The notes below the pieces were generated by a model. It saw only the letters and a list, made by a program, of their open reading frames with translations, ran no database searches and was not told the DNA's origin. Positions 10,137-19,557 of a stretch of DNA of 64,000 nucleotides are shown piece after piece. The stretch spans positions 3,584,001 through 3,648,000 of the forward strand of contig AP038806.1 of NCBI GenBank assembly GCA_047150005.1, read 5' to 3'. The position numbers and the translations under genes are program-made. The stretch is from Nitrospira sp. Its GTDB lineage: Bacteria; Nitrospirota; Nitrospiria; Nitrospirales; Nitrospiraceae. How positions within the stretch are numbered: position 1 is the stretch's first letter; each line of letters starts with the position of its first letter.

Positions 10137-11141
10137 TTATTGCGGGACGTGATCCCCTTTCGAAACGACCCAGATGTGACGAAACACGACGGGGTCGCCG
10201 TGACCTTGAAGATAGAGCACGTCCGGCAGCGGTCCTTCCGGCGCGCGGCCCGGAGTACCGTGAGACAATTCTAAATCGTCGTGAATCACCACACCATTGT
10301 GGCGGACGGTCACGCGGGCGTTCCGCTGCTTCTTCCCCTCTTGATCAAAGCGTGCAGCCGTGAAGTCGACATCGTAGGTTTGCCACGTGAGCGGTGGAAA
10401 GCTCATATTGACCGACGGCGCGGCAATACTGTAGATGCCGCCGCATTCGTCGTGTCCGGTCTCGAACCCAAAGGAATCCAGAATCTGCAGTTCGTACCGG
10501 TTTTGCAGATAGACGCCGCTGTTGCCGCGGCCTTGTCCTCTCGCCTCCGGTTTGAATGGAACGCGGAACTCTAGATGCAACAGATGGTCGCCGAACGTCT
10601 GTCGGCTTGCGGCATCCGCGGCCAGGAGATTCTTCATAACGATCTTGCCGTTCGTGAAGGCTTCGGCAGTGTTTCCGTCGAACAGGACGACCGCGCCCGG
10701 AGGCGGCGCGCTTCCCAGCGTGGGACTCTTCCGTTCAATGCGTGTCAAGGCTCCCATTTGCGACTGATCCTGACCGTAGAGGGTCAGGACTCCCTGTTTG
10801 ATGGTCGCGTGCCAGGAATCGAGATGAAAGGTCGTGCCATCCTCACCGGAGATTCCATCGGCTGTCATGCTTCGATCACCTGGTTGCCCGCCCTGTCCCG
10901 GCAAGCCACCCGAGAAGAGGACGAGATGAAACCGCTTCTGTCCCAAAGCGGTGACCTGTGCGCCCCAGCGGCCTTCGCCGAGTTCACTATGAGACATTCC
11001 GAGGTATTCGCCTTGGATTTCGAGATCCGGCCCGGCGTTGGTGGGATCCGTAAATACTCCGGGACGATCCTGCGCTCTACCGACTGTCGGGGCGATCAAC
11101 AGCAGGCAGAGTACCAAGACCTTCTCCCACCAGGTGCGCAT
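10137..11141 (-). CDS. DUF1080 / 3-keto-disaccharide hydrolase-domain exported protein
   Basis: Signal peptide; VLFDG, LHLEF, GNSGVYL..RYELQILDS, LQGHGDPV.FR.IW. Confidence 0.88.
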   Translation of the reverse strand: MRTWWEKVLVLCLLLIAPTVGRAQDRPGVFTDPTNAGPDLEIQGEYLGMSHSELGEGRWGAQVTALGQKRFHLVLFSGGLPGQGGQPGDRSMTADGISGEDGTTFHLDSWHATIKQGVLTLYGQDQSQMGALTRIERKSPTLGSAPPPGAVVLFDGNTAEAFTNGKIVMKNLLAADAASRQTFGDHLLHLEFRVPFKPEARGQGRGNSGVYLQNRYELQILDSFGFETGHDECGGIYSIAAPSVNMSFPPLTWQTYDVDFTAARFDQEGKKQRNARVTVRHNGVVIHDDLELSHGTPGRAPEGPLPDVLYLQGHGDPVVFRHIWVVSKGDHVPQ

Positions 11142-11244
11142 AGGTTCTCACTGGTAAGTCGATGGTACCGAGGTGGGGGCGGGCTTGCAAGACGTGCCGG
11201 CGACAGAGAGCTGCGGGCGACCTCGATGACCCGTTTCCTCTTGC

Positions 11245-11270
11245 GTCATGCCCGCGAAGGCGCGCATCCA
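11245..11270 (+). repeat. REP-like palindrome, left unit (GTCATGCCCGCGAAGGCGCGCATCCA)
   Basis: Inverted partner TGGAT...CCCGCTTCCGCGGGAATGAC is split by the IS30 (11311-11317 and 12355-12376). Confidence 0.75.
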
Positions 11271-11317
11271 CTCCTCGATCAAGCCTCATCGCTGATGAGA
11301 AAGCCTTGACTGGATTC

Positions 11318-12354
11318 CCTAGATTCACAAACGAAGTGCAACACCTGTGGGGTAAGGTGTTGCAATGGGACGACACTATGCGCAGCTCTCCTTGGAAGAC
11401 CGGTGTACGATTGCCCGGGCTCGCGAAGCCGGGCAAACCATCCGCCAAATTGCAGCAGCTCTGGATCGCGCGCCATCGACCATTCTGCGGGAACTGAGGC
11501 GCAATCGCGGCGCCCAGGTGGGCTATGCGCCTGCCTATGCCCAGGAGCAGACCCGCAGCCGCCGCTGGCGCGGGAGTCGTCTGCTCCGGCAACCGGCGCT
11601 GCAGGCCCACGTCCTGCGCTGGTTGGGGCAGGGCTGGTCGCCCGCTCAAGTCGCCGGCCGGCTCAAGCGCGACGGCTGCGCGCTGCGCATCAGCTCCGAG
11701 TCGATCTACCGCTTCATCGCCAGCCAGATCCGCCGGACGAAAGACTATCGCTGGCGGCATTATTTGCCGCGGGGCAAAAGCAAACGCGGGTGGCGGGGGC
11801 GCAAAGGCGGCAGTGCCGTGGACCACATCCGCAGCCGCGTCCCCATTAGCGAGCGACCGGCGGCGATCCAGCAGCGGCAGGACCCTGGCCATTGGGAGGC
11901 CGATCTGATGCTGTTTGCGAAATATGGCCAGGCGGTCCTGGTGACGCAGGAACGCCGCTCGCGCGTGTTGGTGGCCAGCCGGCAACCCACGAAGGGGGCC
12001 CAGCCGGTGGCCGCCCGACTCACGGCGCTGTTTGCCGCCCTGCCTCCGGCCCTGCGCCGGACCATCACGTTCGATAACGGCACGGAGTTCGCGTATCACG
12101 ATCAGCTGCACCCGCTCGGCATGCGCACCTACTTTTGTGACCCGCATGCCCCGTGGCAAAAAGGGGGTATCGAAAACGGTATCGGCCGGATGCGCCGTGC
12201 CCTCCCCCGGAAAACTGACTTGGCCACGCTCTCCACCCGCCGCTTGCTGGCGCTGGTGCGGGCGTATAATCACACCCCGCGCAAGTGTCTCGACTATGAG
12301 ACACCGGCCGAGGTGTTTACTCGTGATCTGTTGCACTTCAAATGTGACTCCACC
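11318..12354 (+). mobile_element. IS30-family insertion sequence
   Basis: Imperfect terminal IRs TAGATTCACAAACGAAGTGCAACA vs TGGAGTCACATTTGAAGTGCAACA (19/24); ends uncertain by 1-2 nt. Confidence 0.9.
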
Positions 12355-12375
12355 TGCCCGCTTCCGCGGGAATGA
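11365..12375 (+). CDS. IS30-family DDE transposase
   Basis: N-terminal HTH, GHWEAD, TITFDNGTEF, PWQKGGIEN, N.TPRKCL. Confidence 0.95.
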   Translation: MGRHYAQLSLEDRCTIARAREAGQTIRQIAAALDRAPSTILRELRRNRGAQVGYAPAYAQEQTRSRRWRGSRLLRQPALQAHVLRWLGQGWSPAQVAGRLKRDGCALRISSESIYRFIASQIRRTKDYRWRHYLPRGKSKRGWRGRKGGSAVDHIRSRVPISERPAAIQQRQDPGHWEADLMLFAKYGQAVLVTQERRSRVLVASRQPTKGAQPVAARLTALFAALPPALRRTITFDNGTEFAYHDQLHPLGMRTYFCDPHAPWQKGGIENGIGRMRRALPRKTDLATLSTRRLLALVRAYNHTPRKCLDYETPAEVFTRDLLHFKCDSTCPLPRE

Positions 12376-12471
12376 CAAACTTCAGACCTTCTGATGGCAA
12401 ACTGACCCGCTACAGGCCGGTTTGACAGGTTGTCTCACAGAGCGATATGTTTGGGTTTGCTGAGGTGTGAT

Positions 12472-12624
12472 ATGCTCGGCCGTCTGATTGCAGCCTTGTC
12501 TCTAACCACCTTTGTCGTTCTCTTCAAACGTCTGGTGACACGCAGGCGACGTCCGCTGCCGTACCGCAAAGCGGAATCCAACTGGCCTCCTCACAGCTAC
12601 CGCGAGCCCTCGTCACGCTCCTGA
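12472..12624 (+). CDS. Possible small membrane protein
   Basis: Hydrophobic stretch followed by a basic cluster; weak support. Confidence 0.3.
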   Translation: MLGRLIAALSLTTFVVLFKRLVTRRRRPLPYRKAESNWPPHSYREPSSRS

Positions 12625-12862
12625 ATCCCTCTTTTGCTCCTTACATATGCCCATATAAAGGAGAGTGTCCTCCGGTGGCCAGACCAAGCTGCTCGACGGT
12701 TCCAAATCATAACAGATTGTTATCATTTATCTATTTCGATATTTCAACTCGTTGGCCGAACGGCAGGCAACCGACAGCCAGGACCTTCGGGGTCCTCACC
12801 TGGCTGATGCGCCAGGTGCGCATCCCTCTAATGGGAAGTAATCTATCGGTAGGTACTACGGA

Positions 12863-13240
12863 ATGGCCGATCCTCGCAGCCACACAAGGATTCCAGTCCG
12901 AGTCTCGGGCTGTTTTGCATTTGGATCGGGCGGTTGGGTCGAAGGGATTGTTGTCGATCTGGCCGCCGGAGGCTGTCGTATTGAAACCAGGGCCAGAATC
13001 CAGCCGCCCAGCTATCTGCAATTGATCCTGACTGCGTCCACCGAAGACCTGCCCATCAGTATCGATCTTGCCGTGGTTCGATGGGTAAAAGAGGGTCAGG
13101 TGGGAGTGCGCTTTCTCAGCCTACAGACCGAACAACAAGAACGACTCCGCTGGCTTCTCGCTCGAGACGGTCAGAGCCTCGATCTCCCCAGCATGTCACG
13201 GGTCCTGGAGACAGCAAGACTTTCCACTGAGAATGTGTGA
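12863..13240 (+). CDS. PilZ-domain protein
   Basis: RxxxR (RSHTR), DxAxxG (DLAAGG), AVVRW, GVRF. Confidence 0.85.
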   Translation: MADPRSHTRIPVRVSGCFAFGSGGWVEGIVVDLAAGGCRIETRARIQPPSYLQLILTASTEDLPISIDLAVVRWVKEGQVGVRFLSLQTEQQERLRWLLARDGQSLDLPSMSRVLETARLSTENV

Positions 13241-13249
13241 AGCCTGTCG

Positions 13250-13456
13250 TTAGGCCTCGACGCTCACCGTCTTAATGGCCGCTTTTACTTTCGCCGCCAT
13301 TTCAGGTGGAATAGCCGTGAGCTTGTGACACATCTTGGCATGCTCGCCGGTCAGCCGTAAGACTTCATCCTCCGTTTCAGCCCGCACCTGAAACGCGCAT
13401 CCACCCTTCGGATCGACATCCAGACAACCGAGTTGTTTGTAGGGCTTTGAAGCCAT
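13250..13456 (-). CDS. DUF1059-like small metal-binding protein
   Basis: GGAGG RBS; C.D....GC.F..RAETEDEVL....EHA...H. Confidence 0.8.
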   Translation of the reverse strand: MASKPYKQLGCLDVDPKGGCAFQVRAETEDEVLRLTGEHAKMCHKLTAIPPEMAAKVKAAIKTVSVEA

Positions 13457-13565
13457 GACGCCCTCCTGTTGGAAGGATTTGAAGGTCACGCACTCAGGAG
13501 GAATTATGAAGCATCGACGCCATCGACCGCAACAGGAAGATAGCCGTCAATTCTCGAAAGCCACA

Positions 13566-13965
13566 TCAGAGCATTTTCTGCATGTAGATCACATGCAGCC
13601 ATCGATCGAACTTGTGACCGACCTCATGGAGTCGACCAATTTGTGTGAAGCCGGCGGCGGCATGAAGCGCAATGCCGGCCGGCTGCTCGGAGTCGATGCC
13701 CGCAATCATCGTGTGATGGCCGACCGCGTGCGCGCGGATGATCAGGTCGGCCAACAAGGCACGGCCGATGCCTTTGCGCTGGTGGTCGTGGTGAACATAG
13801 ACTGAGTGTTCCACCGTGCGTGCATAGGCGGCACGGGGATGAAAACGGCTGAGCGATCCCCAACCTACAACGGTTCCACGGGCATCAATGGCGACAATGA
13901 CAGGGTACTTATCGGTGTGGTGTTCGAACCATGCACGACGAGCATCGAAGGTTTCCGATTCTACC
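13566..13965 (-). pseudogene. 5'-truncated GNAT N-acetyltransferase (Pat/YncA-like)
   Basis: TVEHSVYV, RKGIGRALL, EVGHKFDRW present; the usual IR.A...D...I..IYN N-terminus was not found upstream; 5' junction approximate. Confidence 0.65.
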
Positions 13966-14167
13966 ACTACCTCAAAGCGCGTCCTGATTGAGAGGTCTTG
14001 AGCGTGAATCACGGCTGTTACGGTAGCCTTCAAAGAGGAATCTACATATGATGTTATAGTTTATGTATATCTTGCATAATATCGATTATACGATAACAGC
14101 TATACTCGAACTGGCACCTTTACCATTCATCTCCAGTCCGCATTCGTTTCCGTGTATATTCTGCGTG

Positions 14168-15034
14168 ATGGCAAAAACCAATCCCGATGATCCTTCCACT
14201 AATCCCGGCCGCATCAACGTCAAAGCCTTCGAGCAAATCGACGCAACCGCGAACGTCCAGGACTATGTCCACATCCTCGACGTCTTCGACAGCCTCGACG
14301 GAATCCAACGGCTCAAGAAAGCCGCGATCGAACGAGGTCGCATCCGGCCAGGGCTGTCGGTACTGGACAACGGCTGCGGCGTCGGCCTGGAGACGATCAA
14401 GCTTGCCAGACTCGTGGCCCCTTCAGGTCAGGTCACCGGCCTCGATTACAGTCGCAAGTTTCTGGATGAAGCGCAGCGACGGGCGGCCGGCCTCAATCTT
14501 CCGATCACGTACCGGCAAGGAGACGCGCAGCAACTGCCGTTCTCCAACGGCACGTTCGACGTCTCGAGGAGTGAACGCCTCTTTCCGTATCTCAGCGATC
14601 CGCGGCAGGCTCTGACCGAATTGATCCGTGTGACGAAGCCGGATGGATATATCTACCTGATCGAGCCGGATTTCGAGACAGTGACGATCAATCTGACCGA
14701 TCGAAGTCTGGTTCGGAAGGTCCTTCACTACGACTGCGACCACCATACCAAGAACGGCTGGATCGGTCGGGAACTGCCGGGACTATTCAAGTCTTGCGGA
14801 CTACTCGATATCGCCGTCGAAGCCAGTGTCGTCGTCTTCGAACCGGAGGGTTTTGGCGCGTACTTTCTGGAGATCGGCCGCGCCGCGGCCCAGAGCCAAG
14901 TCATCACCGCACAGGAACTGAAGCGGTGGGAGGACGACATCCATGGATTGCACGACGCCCATGAGTTGTTCTGCACGATCAGTTATTTCATGGTTGCCGG
15001 CCGACTACGCGAAGGGTCACGACAAGAAGCCTGA
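14168..15034 (+). CDS. Class I SAM-dependent methyltransferase (UbiE-like)
   Basis: VLDNGCGVG, GLDYS, GDAQQLPF....FD, RVTKPDG. Confidence 0.88.
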   Translation: MAKTNPDDPSTNPGRINVKAFEQIDATANVQDYVHILDVFDSLDGIQRLKKAAIERGRIRPGLSVLDNGCGVGLETIKLARLVAPSGQVTGLDYSRKFLDEAQRRAAGLNLPITYRQGDAQQLPFSNGTFDVSRSERLFPYLSDPRQALTELIRVTKPDGYIYLIEPDFETVTINLTDRSLVRKVLHYDCDHHTKNGWIGRELPGLFKSCGLLDIAVEASVVVFEPEGFGAYFLEIGRAAAQSQVITAQELKRWEDDIHGLHDAHELFCTISYFMVAGRLREGSRQEA

Positions 15035-15114
15035 CTACCTCGGATCACTGCTGGTGTTTATCCGCCGCCGCAGCTAGGGGAATGCCAACGCCGACGAGGC
15101 TCCACATCCCAGGA

Positions 15115-15804
15115 TTATCTGACTAGTCTCCTATTGCGAAGCTGTTCACCATATTGCTTGTCAAAAGCTTTGGCATAGGTGCTCAGTCTCGGCAATAGTT
15201 CTGCAGCTCGAACCGAACGCCCTTTAGCCAAATCGAGGTCAGGGTAGTCTTGGGCCGCAACGAGATCCCAATCGTCGCCCTGAGGGACGCCGGCGAAGTC
15301 CAGACTCAATCCGGGAATTGAGATGATCTGGAGTTTGGACTGTTTGTCCGGTGCGGCCGAAATAATCTTCGCCAGATACGCATCACCAACCGTGCCGATA
15401 TGCCAGTTTCCTGCTTTCTTGTTCACTGTAGCGGTGGATTTGACGGTGTCTCCCGTCTGAAATGGGTACACCAATTCTTCATCGGTGGTAAACAGTTGGG
15501 CGAGAGAAACGCTTGGTTGATACTTCAGCAATTCGTCATAGGACACGATCCTACGCGGAACAGCGGCTCCCAGTTTGACGGCTCGCGCCTCATCAACCGA
15601 TGCAAATCCCATCCCCCGGTAGTTACCGGATTGAACCAACTGCGGTAAGGACATCAAGGCTTTTTGGGCTGCTTCTTCCGGTGTCTTCATCGTATTTGCA
15701 GGTGATGGATGCGTTGGAGTATCCACCGTGGCCGGTGTCGAATGACACCCTACGAGGTCACTTATCACGAACGCGAGGATGCAAACCATGCTTTTGGATT
15801 TCAT
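15115..15804 (-). CDS. Hypothetical lipoprotein, partner of the adjacent protease
   Basis: GGAGGAGG RBS, lipobox LVGC, 20 nt downstream of the protease stop. Confidence 0.75.
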   Translation of the reverse strand: MKSKSMVCILAFVISDLVGCHSTPATVDTPTHPSPANTMKTPEEAAQKALMSLPQLVQSGNYRGMGFASVDEARAVKLGAAVPRRIVSYDELLKYQPSVSLAQLFTTDEELVYPFQTGDTVKSTATVNKKAGNWHIGTVGDAYLAKIISAAPDKQSKLQIISIPGLSLDFAGVPQGDDWDLVAAQDYPDLDLAKGRSVRAAELLPRLSTYAKAFDKQYGEQLRNRRLVR

Positions 15805-15824
15805 GATCCCTCCTCCTACCTTCA

Positions 15825-16406
15825 CTAATTCCTCCAGGTAATATCATAGGCCGTTTCCCAATGGTTCACCGTCGCAGAATTGCTATATTCTTCATATGTG
15901 ATGAATCGGTTCGTCCCATTGCATGGGGACCAGGGATCATTTAAGGCGAGGTATCGGATACCACCGATATCAACATAGCCGCTGACGACCAACACATGGC
16001 CAACCCCGCCGGTCTTCGGTCCGTAGGCATAGGACATCGGCTTGTCATGGCAGAACACTTGGCATTGCATTTTTTCCCATGTGAGGGGGGTTGAGGAGCC
16101 TTTGTAGTCAAAGCCGGATTCGTTATACATGGTCCAGCCCGGCATGTTGCACGCTTGATTCTTCGGACACCCGCCTGTGCAGCAGTCATTGCGTCCGAAA
16201 CGCTCGTTAGCAAGGTCGCATTGAACACGACCGTGTCCTAACGTTTCCGTTACCATCTGAGTTGTGGCAGCCCAACACCAGTTGTTGGTTTCTTGCGCTC
16301 GAAGTGCAACCGAGACAGAGCCAATTGTCGGGTTCGGTGTGCAACAGGCTTGGAGGAACAACGCAAAACCAAGAACGCATGGCAGGGAAAGTCTTCGATC
16401 GTTCAT
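15825..16406 (-). CDS. Papain-like cysteine protease lipoprotein (C39/C47/C70-like)
   Basis: Lipobox LQAC; QETNNWCWAA (Gln/Cys), GHVLVVSGY (His), NDPW. Confidence 0.85.
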   Translation of the reverse strand: MNDRRLSLPCVLGFALFLQACCTPNPTIGSVSVALRAQETNNWCWAATTQMVTETLGHGRVQCDLANERFGRNDCCTGGCPKNQACNMPGWTMYNESGFDYKGSSTPLTWEKMQCQVFCHDKPMSYAYGPKTGGVGHVLVVSGYVDIGGIRYLALNDPWSPCNGTNRFITYEEYSNSATVNHWETAYDITWRN

Positions 16407-16697
16407 GATTGCCCTCCTTGCGAAGGTTCAACCGTATTTGTGCAATAAATACGCCAGGATCTGAATATGATATCGGACGGTACAACGTCACGATTCTCCA
16501 GTTTGAATGAGCGGTTCTTGTGAAGTCACCTGTATCTCTTCTGATACCGGTCGAATCTCAAGTGATTCAGTCCGTACCTCCCCAAGAAGTGCGGCCGAAG
16601 TACGAATGTGTTAACCACAGAAGCGACCAACTCCTCTCCGCATACAGATCTGATCGAACGGTAGCGAGTCAGTTTGCCGCCAGAAACACTGAGGTGT

Positions 16698-16716
16698 GTC
16701 ATTCCCGCGGAAGCGG
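16698..16716 (+). repeat. Truncated REP-like unit
   Basis: GTCATTCCCGCGGAAGCGG is the exact reverse complement of 12358-12376. Confidence 0.7.
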
Positions 16717-16767
16717 ATGGCTGTCTTCGATGATACATGCGGGAACCTCATTCAGGTGGTGCAGATG
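16717..16767 (+). pseudogene. 3' remnant of a VOC/glyoxalase-family gene
   Basis: Translates as AVFDDTCGNLIQVVQ, a typical VOC C-terminus; no upstream part. Confidence 0.6.
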
Positions 16768-16986
16768 ATCGGTAAAGCAGGACTGAGCAAATTTAGAATC
16801 CGCAATGCAAGACGATGGGGGCCTTCTCAGATTTTTGTAGTGGTTATGGAGTGGGAGGCGGATGCCCGTCTTGACGCAGGTTTACCGGTGTTGGGCTTCT
16901 TGCTACACTGCGCCATGCCTCAGGAGGCGCGTGCCGTCTTACCAAAATTTGGAATTGAACCGTCAGGATGGTGAGAGGTAGTCGCC

Positions 16987-18228
16987 TTGCTAGTTTGTCT
17001 GAGTGACCTACATTTGAGTGACCTTCAATCTGATGATGAACTTGTTGAACGCCTGCTGGTGGAAACTCTAACCAGTCTTCCGGCAAAAGCTAAATCAATT
17101 GGTAGCAAGAAAATCGATATTCTTTGGTTGGGTGACATCATCGATCTGCTGGTTTCACCTCAGTGGGCTCAGAGGTCCCTTCGTCCTTGGGATTCGCCAA
17201 GTCCCGAACTCGGAAGCTTGATTGAGAACATTGTGGTTGCGACATGTGCCCGCTACGCGAGATTCTTCAGTACCATGCTCTTGCTCAGTGAGAAGAAGGC
17301 CGACGAGGTTCCAACTTTCTTCCACTACATCATTGGAAATCATGATTGGTTACTGAATTCATCCGTTGCTAGAAGCGCTCGCGTGAGAGTTGACAAGGCA
17401 TTCTGCTTGGCACCAAGACGTGAAGGATCACCTCTCGCCGAAGGTAAGTCCTTCAAGGCTTATGGTGTATATGCGACGCATGGGCACGAATTCGATCCTT
17501 CTAACGCAGCCGATGATAATTTGTGGCCATTAGGTGATGCCGTGGTTGTAGAACTCCTTCAAGGATTCTTTAATCAAGTGAAAGCACAATTGACAGAGCA
17601 AAGTGATAGGACACTCATCCGTAGCCTCGAGGATCTATTTTATGTTCGGCCAGATATGGGTGTCCCCTTGTATATACACGCTCGGTTACAGGATGAGGGC
17701 GTAAGCAAACGCCAACAATCAATTATTCGCGGGGCGTGGGAAACAGCCGTAAACAGTTTCATGAACATTCCATATTTTAACGACCGCATGGATGCGTATG
17801 AAAAGCGGGTAGGCCTAAAGCGCCTTCGTCAGTTACTGCGAGTAAGCCGACCGCTCAGGAGGGTTACAGACGTTCTAAGTCTCTTAAGTTGGCAACGAGA
17901 ACGGATTCTTCGGATCAACGATCCAGGTCAGTATGAACATCGTGCACTCGACAATCTATTAACAAACTTTCAGTCTCTCAAGTACTTCGTGATGGGACAC
18001 ACACATAAGGCTGCATTGAGTCCCTTATTCCCAGATAAAGACAAGGTGTCTAAGGCCTACGTCAATACTGGAACTTGGCGAAAAATCCACAGGCCTCTAT
18101 TCTTCGAGCGTCAGGCCTGGAAGGAATTCGCTGCCGAGACGGTATTAAGCTATGCGGTGTTTTATACTGCTGAAGAACAAAGGTCGACGATGGTTTCCTG
18201 CGAATTGCACCGACGATCTTGTGTGTGA
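16987..18228 (+). CDS. Calcineurin-like metallophosphoesterase
   Basis: SDLH, GDIID, GNHD, HGH, GHTH, NTGTW. Confidence 0.88.
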   Translation: MLVCLSDLHLSDLQSDDELVERLLVETLTSLPAKAKSIGSKKIDILWLGDIIDLLVSPQWAQRSLRPWDSPSPELGSLIENIVVATCARYARFFSTMLLLSEKKADEVPTFFHYIIGNHDWLLNSSVARSARVRVDKAFCLAPRREGSPLAEGKSFKAYGVYATHGHEFDPSNAADDNLWPLGDAVVVELLQGFFNQVKAQLTEQSDRTLIRSLEDLFYVRPDMGVPLYIHARLQDEGVSKRQQSIIRGAWETAVNSFMNIPYFNDRMDAYEKRVGLKRLRQLLRVSRPLRRVTDVLSLLSWQRERILRINDPGQYEHRALDNLLTNFQSLKYFVMGHTHKAALSPLFPDKDKVSKAYVNTGTWRKIHRPLFFERQAWKEFAAETVLSYAVFYTAEEQRSTMVSCELHRRSCV

Positions 18229-18237
18229 GTCACAATT

Positions 18238-18801
18238 TTGACCAAGTTGATATCGATTGAGGACTTGGTTGAGGGGCTGAAGAGCTCTGTTTCTGATATT
18301 CGAGAGGTATCTTGCCGGGAAATTATTCGACGCTACTCGGGCCTGATTCAGAAAATTACAAGGAGTCTGACTTCTCGTCCTGAGCTCGCGGATGACATAT
18401 TCCAAGAATCCTTTCTCCGATTGTTTCTCAAGATAGACTTGCTTAAGGAACCCAAAGCCTTTCCTGGATTTTTCCGAAGCATCATTGTGAGCACAGCTTA
18501 CGATCTCTTGCGGAAGGAGGCGAAACATGTCTCACAATCCATCTCCAAAGGTTCCCTCGCCCAGACCATAGACCGACAATTCATGGACCAACTGGTGTTA
18601 GTAGGATATTTGCCCAGACTAGGCAAGGATGATCGACTTATCGTCGAGTCAAGTTTTTTTCTCGGACTCTCGGACCAAGAAATTGCAAGCCGTCTAGGTG
18701 TTGTCAGCGCCGAGGCCGTGCGAATGAGACGATCTCGCGCCCTATCCGCACTGCGGAGAATGATCGCAAGAGATGCTAAGGCATTGAAAGCATTATCATA
18801 A
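18238..18801 (+). CDS. ECF-type sigma-70 factor
   Basis: Region 2 (ADDIFQESFLRL, AYDLLRK) and region 4 (GLSDQEIA..LG, VRMRRSRAL). Confidence 0.88.
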   Translation: MTKLISIEDLVEGLKSSVSDIREVSCREIIRRYSGLIQKITRSLTSRPELADDIFQESFLRLFLKIDLLKEPKAFPGFFRSIIVSTAYDLLRKEAKHVSQSISKGSLAQTIDRQFMDQLVLVGYLPRLGKDDRLIVESSFFLGLSDQEIASRLGVVSAEAVRMRRSRALSALRRMIARDAKALKALS

Positions 18802-18817
18802 ATGATGGAGCGACAAC

Positions 18818-18845
18818 TGTTACATTCGGCGGGATTTTACCGTCT
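18818..18845 (+). promoter_or_regulatory. Putative ECF-sigma promoter
   Basis: TGTTAC-N17-CGTC, 7 nt before the ATG at 18852, no Shine-Dalgarno. Confidence 0.45.
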
Positions 18846-18851
18846 TAATAT

Positions 18852-19547
18852 ATGACAAACGATGAACTGACGAAGTTATCGACGTTTGGCCTATTTGACA
18901 ACATTTATGCTCTAGTTGCTCAGCGAGAGGTGTTAATCAATCGCAGGCAGAGTGAGATGCAGTATTCTCAGGTATTAGACGCTCTCGCCAAAGCAGTTGG
19001 CGAACTGAGTAGGCGATATATGCCTGCCACACAGCCGATCGTAGAGGCTCTGTGCAGTGCAACGACAGACGAGGATATTGCCGCAAATATTGAGATCAGT
19101 TATGAGGGAGCTTTTGCAAAGCATGCTGCGGTGGTTGCTTACAAATGTCCAGGTGCGGCCCTATGGTACTGTCCAATCCTCTTATGGACGGAACTTGAGA
19201 AGTTGTGGTACGCGATTAGCAATGAATACAATCTTTCTGTTGAGCAAAGCCTCAGTCTGTACTTGAAAAAGCGCTTTCTGGCCAGAGCATTTATTGATGA
19301 GCTAGACGATGATCCTCGCTATACCATGATCCAGTTTTTTTACAGTGTGGTTTCACCCGAACCCATGTCAAATGATGCGCAACGAATTCGGGATGCGGTG
19401 GCAGCTTTACACGTGAAGCTTTACTCATATAAGCGATTTATTGATGATTGGACTGACGGAGCCATTTCGGTCACCCTTCTTGAGAAGGTAGAACAAGAAC
19501 GGAATTACACAAGTCATTATCTAACCGGCTTGGGGCTGATTGGTTAG
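18852..19547 (+). CDS. Hypothetical protein, helical-looking
   Basis: 231-codon ORF in AT-rich DNA, co-oriented with the cassette. Confidence 0.7.
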   Translation: MTNDELTKLSTFGLFDNIYALVAQREVLINRRQSEMQYSQVLDALAKAVGELSRRYMPATQPIVEALCSATTDEDIAANIEISYEGAFAKHAAVVAYKCPGAALWYCPILLWTELEKLWYAISNEYNLSVEQSLSLYLKKRFLARAFIDELDDDPRYTMIQFFYSVVSPEPMSNDAQRIRDAVAALHVKLYSYKRFIDDWTDGAISVTLLEKVEQERNYTSHYLTGLGLIG

Positions 19548-19557
19548 GAGGATCGAA

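Noticed and set aside
11077..12378. 433-aa minus-strand ORF
   Set aside because: Antisense shadow of the IS30 transposase
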